39,433 bases of DNA. It comes from a virus (lineage: Duplodnaviria; Heunggongvirae; Uroviricota; Caudoviricetes). Made by a program: the position numbers and the translations under genes. Each line of letters opens with the position of its first letter. Position 1 is the first letter of the stretch. Location of the stretch: IMG/VR virus record IMGVR_UViG_2597489870_000003. One strand, given 5' to 3'. This document shows positions 34,915 through 39,433 of the stretch, one piece after another. The notes beneath the pieces were generated by a model. It worked only from the letters and a program-made list of their open reading frames with translations. It was not told the origin of the DNA and searched no databases.

Positions 34915-35156
34915 GCTCTGGCTTCCTTCAGTAGCTGGTTAAACATGTTGGTAAGTGGATTGCCACACCCGAACGGCATCGGGTTTATCTGGTAAGAAAA
35001 GCGACCGCCTGTTTTGCGCTCTTTTCTTATGACTGAACCGCTGCGCCAGAGTCGGCGTAACTCCGCATTAATGGCTGTGGTTGGGGTATTCAGTGCTGCG
35101 GCGATTTCTCCACCGCTACACCCCGGATTGGCGGCAATATAGTCCAGAATGGTCAT
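34911..35156 (-). CDS. Hypothetical phage protein, possible winged-helix DNA-binding
   Basis: 81-aa ORF; ...GEIAAALNTPTTAINAELRRLWRSGSV... helix-turn-helix-like. Confidence 0.5.
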   Translation of the reverse strand: MTILDYIAANPGCSGGEIAAALNTPTTAINAELRRLWRSGSVIRKERKTGGRFSYQINPMPFGCGNPLTNMFNQLLKEARA

Positions 35157-35356
35157 CTGCGTGACTCCTGTACCTGTCGGATAAGGTTCACCCGCACCAC
35201 ATTCGTGGCGCAGAAGTAAGTGCCGTCAGTGAGATAGATGTGATGTGCATCCTTTTCTGAACGGTGTTTGTCGATTGTGGTAATCAGGCGTTCGTCGACT
35301 TCGTATTCCCGCCCTCTGGAGGTAAAACGAACGACAGGAAAATGCTTAATTGCCAT
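35153..35356 (-). CDS. Hypothetical phage protein
   Basis: 67-aa ORF, translationally coupled to the next gene. Confidence 0.45.
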   Translation of the reverse strand: MAIKHFPVVRFTSRGREYEVDERLITTIDKHRSEKDAHHIYLTDGTYFCATNVVRVNLIRQVQESRR

Positions 35357-35439
35357 TACGCCTCCTTGGCGTGTGCGAATACCTCCGCGAATGCGGATTG
35401 TTTTTACATTTTCTTATTTAATCTGTGGTTTTATTTGTT

Positions 35440-35556
35440 CTGTTATTCGCCAGTGAAAAAGCGTTCAATCTTTTTTATTGAATGAATAATTCGCATAATC
35501 CCAATAGCGCAGGCCACCGAAATAATCAGAACAAGCCATGAGATAAATATACTCAT
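35440..35556 (-). CDS. Small hydrophobic membrane peptide (37 aa)
   Basis: ORF not in the track, translated by hand: MSIFISWLVLIISVACAIGIMRIIHSIKKIERFFTGE; its ATG overlaps the stop of the upstream gene (ATGA). Confidence 0.4.
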
Positions 35557-35798
35557 GCGATATTCCCCAGCTTATACGGTTCAATATGTTCCCCGCATTC
35601 TGCGGCACAGATCAGCTCGGAAAGTTCGTTAAGTGCATCCAGATCATCAGCGTAAAAAGCTACGTCATACAGACTTCGGATTGCTCTGGTCAATGAGTCA
35701 CGGGCCGCACGTTCAGCATGAGCGCCTGATGCACTTAAGCGAAAATAAAAACGCTCAAGTGCTTTGTTAATGAGAGTTTTATATTCTTTGCCCATCAC
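35553..35798 (-). CDS. Hypothetical phage early protein
   Basis: 81-aa ORF. Confidence 0.45.
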   Translation of the reverse strand: MMGKEYKTLINKALERFYFRLSASGAHAERAARDSLTRAIRSLYDVAFYADDLDALNELSELICAAECGEHIEPYKLGNIA

Positions 35799-35806
35799 AA
35801 CGCCCT

Positions 35807-36094
35807 TTAATCTGCTTTCTGTATTTCAGCTTCTGAATCCATACAAATAATTTCGATATAGGGTTCATCGCCATTAACCTGGCGTGCCTTTTCAGCTTCG
35901 CTAATGATTTCTCGTACGGTCTGGTACGGAAGTTCCACAAGCAGTCGCGTGCCGTTCAGATAAACGTAAGTGGCTTCGTCGGCTCCGTTTTTACCCGCCG
36001 GAGTCACTCCGTCAATAGCGGATGCACGTAATAACAGTTCACCGCGAAAATCAATAAAACGGATAAATACACCTTGTGCATGGTCTTTGGTCAT
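35807..36094 (-). CDS. Hypothetical phage early protein
   Basis: About 96 aa from internal Met (MTKDHAQGVF...); the longer track ORF would overlap the upstream gene. Confidence 0.45.
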   Translation of the reverse strand: MTKDHAQGVFIRFIDFRGELLLRASAIDGVTPAGKNGADEATYVYLNGTRLLVELPYQTVREIISEAEKARQVNGDEPYIEIICMDSEAEIQKAD

Positions 36095-36104
36095 AAAGCA
36101 CCTG

Positions 36105-36455
36105 TTATAAATCAGCCTGTTTAATAAAACTTTGCCCGCGAAGCAGACGATCAACCGTGCGAAGTGCTTCGTATAATGTGAAATCCTGCCCGAACTGATT
36201 GTCGCCACTGCTTAGAGCAAAAATGCGGTTTCCGGTAAACGGATTGCGTGGGCATTTGTGGACCACGATTCCAGCTTTCTCAATCAGCCAGGCATGCTCG
36301 CCGATTTGTTTTACAGCGTGGCCATCCGGTGTTGCGTGCGTCTCGTTCAGGTTATAGCGACTGTTACTACGTGATGCACTGGTAGCGACGTGGTGTACAT
36401 GGCGTTCTACGCCATTACGAAATTTGGAGTATGGATTATTAGCGTTTTTTTTCAT
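36105..36455 (-). CDS. Hypothetical phage early protein
   Basis: 116-aa ORF, His-rich N-terminal region. Confidence 0.45.
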   Translation of the reverse strand: MKKNANNPYSKFRNGVERHVHHVATSASRSNSRYNLNETHATPDGHAVKQIGEHAWLIEKAGIVVHKCPRNPFTGNRIFALSSGDNQFGQDFTLYEALRTVDRLLRGQSFIKQADL

Positions 36456-36476
36456 GATGGTGCTCTGTTCATTGTT

Positions 36477-36680
36477 TTAGCTGTTAGTCAAAGCGTCTTT
36501 TAACATCGCCACAAGGTTTACTTCAGGCTTTTCCATTTTGGCGCGTTTGGGGCGGATAATAATTCGACCGTCAGCCAACATCTTTTTGCATGTATTAAGA
36601 GGGATACCTGTTATCTCTGCATATTTCTGCAGGGATACATAGGGGGCATTCACATTGATATTGATGGTTATACCTGACAT
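36477..36680 (-). CDS. Cox/Apl-like small HTH regulator (putative excisionase / lytic-switch protein)
   Basis: 67 aa with helix-turn-helix (YVSLQKYAEITGIPLNTCKKMLADGRI); second gene of the lytic transcript. Confidence 0.55.
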   Translation of the reverse strand: MSGITININVNAPYVSLQKYAEITGIPLNTCKKMLADGRIIIRPKRAKMEKPEVNLVAMLKDALTNS

Positions 36681-36696
36681 CCCACTAGCCTCTTGA

Positions 36697-36903
36697 TCAG
36701 GAAGATTTGTTTTGTTCTTTCTGGGTTAGTTCTAGGCCGCGAAGGAAGATCATGCGCGCCATGTTAGAGGATGAGCGTTGTTCTTTAGCTGCCATTTCAT
36801 CAATGACGGCTCGCTCCTCGAGGGACAGCCGAAGTGCCAGTCTTGGACCTGTGGCGGTGTTACGCGGAATGCGTGATCTGGTATCGTGAAGAACTTGTTT
36901 CAT
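36697..36903 (-). CDS. Small DNA-binding regulator (Cro/ribbon-helix-helix-like), first gene of the lytic operon
   Basis: 68 aa; divergent from the repressor gene across a 75-bp operator region. Confidence 0.45.
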   Translation of the reverse strand: MKQVLHDTRSRIPRNTATGPRLALRLSLEERAVIDEMAAKEQRSSSNMARMIFLRGLELTQKEQNKSS

Positions 36904-36978
36904 AGTGGTATATTGTGATCATCTAATAGCTCGTGAAATCATTTTGGTATCAAAAAAGATACCTGTCAAGGTTTTTGT
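36904..36978. promoter_or_regulatory. Lysis-lysogeny switch region with divergent promoters and an 18-bp operator palindrome
   Basis: GGTATCAAAAAAGATACC perfect palindrome at 36946-36963 between divergent repressor and cro/cox-like genes. Confidence 0.6.
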
Positions 36979-37383
36979 ATGAAAAATGATATTGGTCAGC
37001 GGTTGCGTGAGGAAAGGGAAAGATTGGGACTTAGTCAAGTTGCCATGAGCGACATTGGTGGAGTCAAAAAGCTAACTCAGCTTAGATATGAGAAAGGAGA
37101 TAGCTTTCCTGATGCTGCGTATTTGGCAGCGCTGTCTCGTTTTGGCCTTGATGTTCAGTATGTTGTGTTGGGAATTCACTCACCTGAAACTTATAACGAT
37201 GATGAGCAGGAGTTGATTACTCGCTTTCGAGCAGCTTCGTTAGATGTGAAAAACGCGGTGATTGGGGCTTTAAAAGGTGCGATCAGTGAAAAGGAAACTC
37301 AGCCATCAGGACGTGAGTTAAATATTTCTGGTGGTAATAACCGTATCGCTGGTCGTGACTATAACGAAACTAAGAGCAGGTGA
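36979..37383 (+). CDS. Immunity repressor, XRE-family HTH (P2 C / 186 cI functional analogue)
   Basis: 134 aa; N-terminal HTH (LREERERLGLSQVAMSD); divergent from the cox-like genes; heads the operon that ends with integrase. Confidence 0.75.
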   Translation: MKNDIGQRLREERERLGLSQVAMSDIGGVKKLTQLRYEKGDSFPDAAYLAALSRFGLDVQYVVLGIHSPETYNDDEQELITRFRAASLDVKNAVIGALKGAISEKETQPSGRELNISGGNNRIAGRDYNETKSR

Positions 37384-37398
37384 TAGTAGGGAGGTGAC

Positions 37399-38049
37399 AT
37401 GGCCGTCAACTCAAACGGTTCAAACAATCGCGTTGCTGGGCGTGATTTTCACGAAAAGAATATTCAGATAGAGCGATATGATGGTTCTCATACCGTCAAT
37501 ATCGCAATCCCTTCGAATAATGATGATGACGATCGCCCTTTGCTTAAGGCTCAGCGTAAGGAGCTAAATAGCTTGGTTGCTGCTATTGCAGAAGCTAGCA
37601 ATACTGAAGCGTTTATTATTTGGCAAAAAGTACATGCGGAGATTGGTGTAGCTGGTATTGATGATATGACAGTAAATCAATATAAAACAGCGGAGAGTTT
37701 TCTGCATGCAATGCTTGAGCGATGTAAAGATCATGATGCCTGTAAGGCTCTTGTAAGTTTATTACTACGTAACAGTGAAGACTGTGGACTTCGACAAAAA
37801 CTTCTGCGGTATTGCCATATCAATTTCGGTACAGGACGTTTAAACGATCTTACTCGTTCTCAGTTACAGTCTGCATTGTCGTGGTTAGAGCAACAATCGG
37901 CATCAAGCCACACAGAGAGTTCGACCTTACCAGAAGTCCGACTTCGTGCTTCAGAATTAATCCAACTTTATCCAAAAGAAATAATATTCTTTATCTGCGT
38001 AGGGGGTTTGGTAGGCGGTGTCATTTCTAGAGCGTTTTTTAATTTGTAA
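37399..38049 (+). CDS. Hypothetical lysogeny-operon protein with C-terminal transmembrane anchor
   Basis: 216 aa; C-terminal hydrophobic helix IIFFICVGGLVGGVISRAFF; N-terminal motif NGSNNRVAGRDFHE echoes the repressor C-terminus SGGNNRIAGRDYNE; AT-rich coding sequence. Confidence 0.55.
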   Translation: MAVNSNGSNNRVAGRDFHEKNIQIERYDGSHTVNIAIPSNNDDDDRPLLKAQRKELNSLVAAIAEASNTEAFIIWQKVHAEIGVAGIDDMTVNQYKTAESFLHAMLERCKDHDACKALVSLLLRNSEDCGLRQKLLRYCHINFGTGRLNDLTRSQLQSALSWLEQQSASSHTESSTLPEVRLRASELIQLYPKEIIFFICVGGLVGGVISRAFFNL

Positions 38050-38078
38050 TCTTACTTGAGCTAAATTGAGGTAATGAT

Positions 38079-38426
38079 ATGAAAGTTAAAAAGGTTCAAC
38101 TATTAGTTACTTTTTTATCTATGTTTTCTTTTTCCGCCGTCGCAATGCCTTTTAAAACCATTGAACGTGAGAGTTTCAATGGGGTGTGGCCATTTAATAC
38201 TGATGAGGTTCAATTACAGTGTCTTGATGGTAATCCTTATGTAATGAATTTTGACGATAATAAGTTATATGCACTTACAGGTTTGGCTCGAATAAAAGGT
38301 AAAACATTTGGTGCGTTACCGTTAGATAACAATAATCCATTTTGGCTAGATAATGATGCCGCCCCAGGGTTAAAAAAGAGTCTGGGGGATGTCACTAAGG
38401 CTGCATTTGATTTATGTGATAAGTAA
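38079..38426 (+). CDS. Hypothetical secreted/periplasmic protein (lysogenic-conversion candidate)
   Basis: 115 aa; N-terminal signal peptide (MKVKKVQLLVTFLSMFSFSAVA); two Cys; AT-rich. Confidence 0.55.
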   Translation: MKVKKVQLLVTFLSMFSFSAVAMPFKTIERESFNGVWPFNTDEVQLQCLDGNPYVMNFDDNKLYALTGLARIKGKTFGALPLDNNNPFWLDNDAAPGLKKSLGDVTKAAFDLCDK

Positions 38427-38431
38427 CTAAA

Positions 38432-39433
38432 ATGTCGGTTCGTAAGATTCCATCAGGTAAATGGCTTTGCGAATGTTATCCCTACGGGGCATCGGGAAAA
38501 CGCATTCGTAAACAGTTTGCGACAAAAAGTGAGGCGCTCTCTTATGAGCGCCGTTTAATGAATAGTAGAGTTGGAGACGAGTTTCAAGATGGTTCTGGTC
38601 CTCGTCTTTCTGAGTTGATTGCTCGTTGGTTTGAGATGTACGGTAAAACCTTGTCCTCTGGTGCAGAGCGCAAAGTCAAACTTGAGGCGATTTGTTCCAG
38701 GCTGGGAGATCCATTTGCTTCGCAGTTTGACAAAAATATGTTTGCTACTTATCGGGAAAGAAGGCTATCAGGAGAATGGAATCCCAAGGGGAAGAAAAAA
38801 CTTAGTGAAGCAACCGTTAATCGCGAGCAGTCATATCTACATGCTGTTTTTGCCGAACTGAAGCGCCTTGGGGAGTGGTCTGGTGAAAACCCCCTGACTG
38901 GTATTCGCAAGTTTCGTGAGGAAGAAAAGGAACTGGCGTTTCTGTATGTAGATGAGATTGAACGCCTTCTGATTGCGTGTGATGAGTCACGGAATAAAGA
39001 TTTGGGGGTTGTTGTCCGTATTGGGCTTGCGACTGGTGCTCGGTGGAGTGAAGCAGAAGGATTAAAGCAATCTCAAGTACTGCCCGGTCGAATCACATTT
39101 GTTAAAACTAAAGGAAAGAAGAACCGCACTGTACCGATTTCACCTCAATTGCAGGCTATGCTTCCTAAAAAACGAGGAGCGCTATTTTCACCATGTTATG
39201 AGGCTTTTGACGCTGCAATTAAGAGAGCGAAGATCGAGCTTCCTGATGGGCAATTAACTCATGTGCTACGTCACACGTTTGCCAGTCATTTTATGATGCG
39301 GGGCGGAAATATTCTTGTGTTGCAAAAAATACTGGGGCATAGCGATATAAAAATGACTATGCGTTATGCGCATTTTGCTCCAGGTCATTTAGAGGCTGCT
39401 GTTGAATTGAACCCTTTTGACAATAGAGGGTAA
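38432..39433 (+). CDS. Tyrosine integrase (phage integrase family)
   Basis: 333 aa; C-terminal catalytic region ...ARWSE...VLRHTFASHFMMRGGNILVLQKILGHSDIKMTMRYAHF... (R...H-x-x-R...Y); stop codon is the last triplet of the window. Confidence 0.93.
   Translation: MSVRKIPSGKWLCECYPYGASGKRIRKQFATKSEALSYERRLMNSRVGDEFQDGSGPRLSELIARWFEMYGKTLSSGAERKVKLEAICSRLGDPFASQFDKNMFATYRERRLSGEWNPKGKKKLSEATVNREQSYLHAVFAELKRLGEWSGENPLTGIRKFREEEKELAFLYVDEIERLLIACDESRNKDLGVVVRIGLATGARWSEAEGLKQSQVLPGRITFVKTKGKKNRTVPISPQLQAMLPKKRGALFSPCYEAFDAAIKRAKIELPDGQLTHVLRHTFASHFMMRGGNILVLQKILGHSDIKMTMRYAHFAPGHLEAAVELNPFDNRG

Overview
The window opens with the E. coli-type chromosomal locus pgsA-glyW-cysT-leuZ (1-1070). A short AT-rich islet follows, carrying a Cys-rich secreted ORF and a hok/sok-like type I toxin-antitoxin locus. 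From about 2.3 kb to the window end lies a nearly complete P2-like (Peduovirus-type) prophage, oriented ogr/D at the left and repressor-integrase at the right; its att sites were not identified. The prophage carries two IS insertions, each with intact target-site duplications: IS30 inside tail gene D (2-bp AG) and IS1 inside an accessory gene beside the portal gene (9-bp CGCGAACCT). Points worth a second look are: (1) a Gin/Pin/Cin-type serine invertase with a 2.95-kb invertible tail-fibre segment bounded by 26-bp gix-like inverted repeats; (2) the FI-FII-E-T-U tail block in inverted orientation relative to canonical P2 order; (3) a plasmid-type ParM/ParR/parC partition module, plus an 89-aa Cys-containing ORF with a long structured leader, in the accessory slot downstream of replication gene A (the position of tin/old in P2); (4) two lysogeny-operon accessory genes between the immunity repressor and integrase. 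No CRISPR array, rRNA or retron-like element was seen. All protein calls rest on reading the ORF translations against remembered family sequences and motifs; no database search or HMM could be run, so names of phage accessory proteins are provisional.
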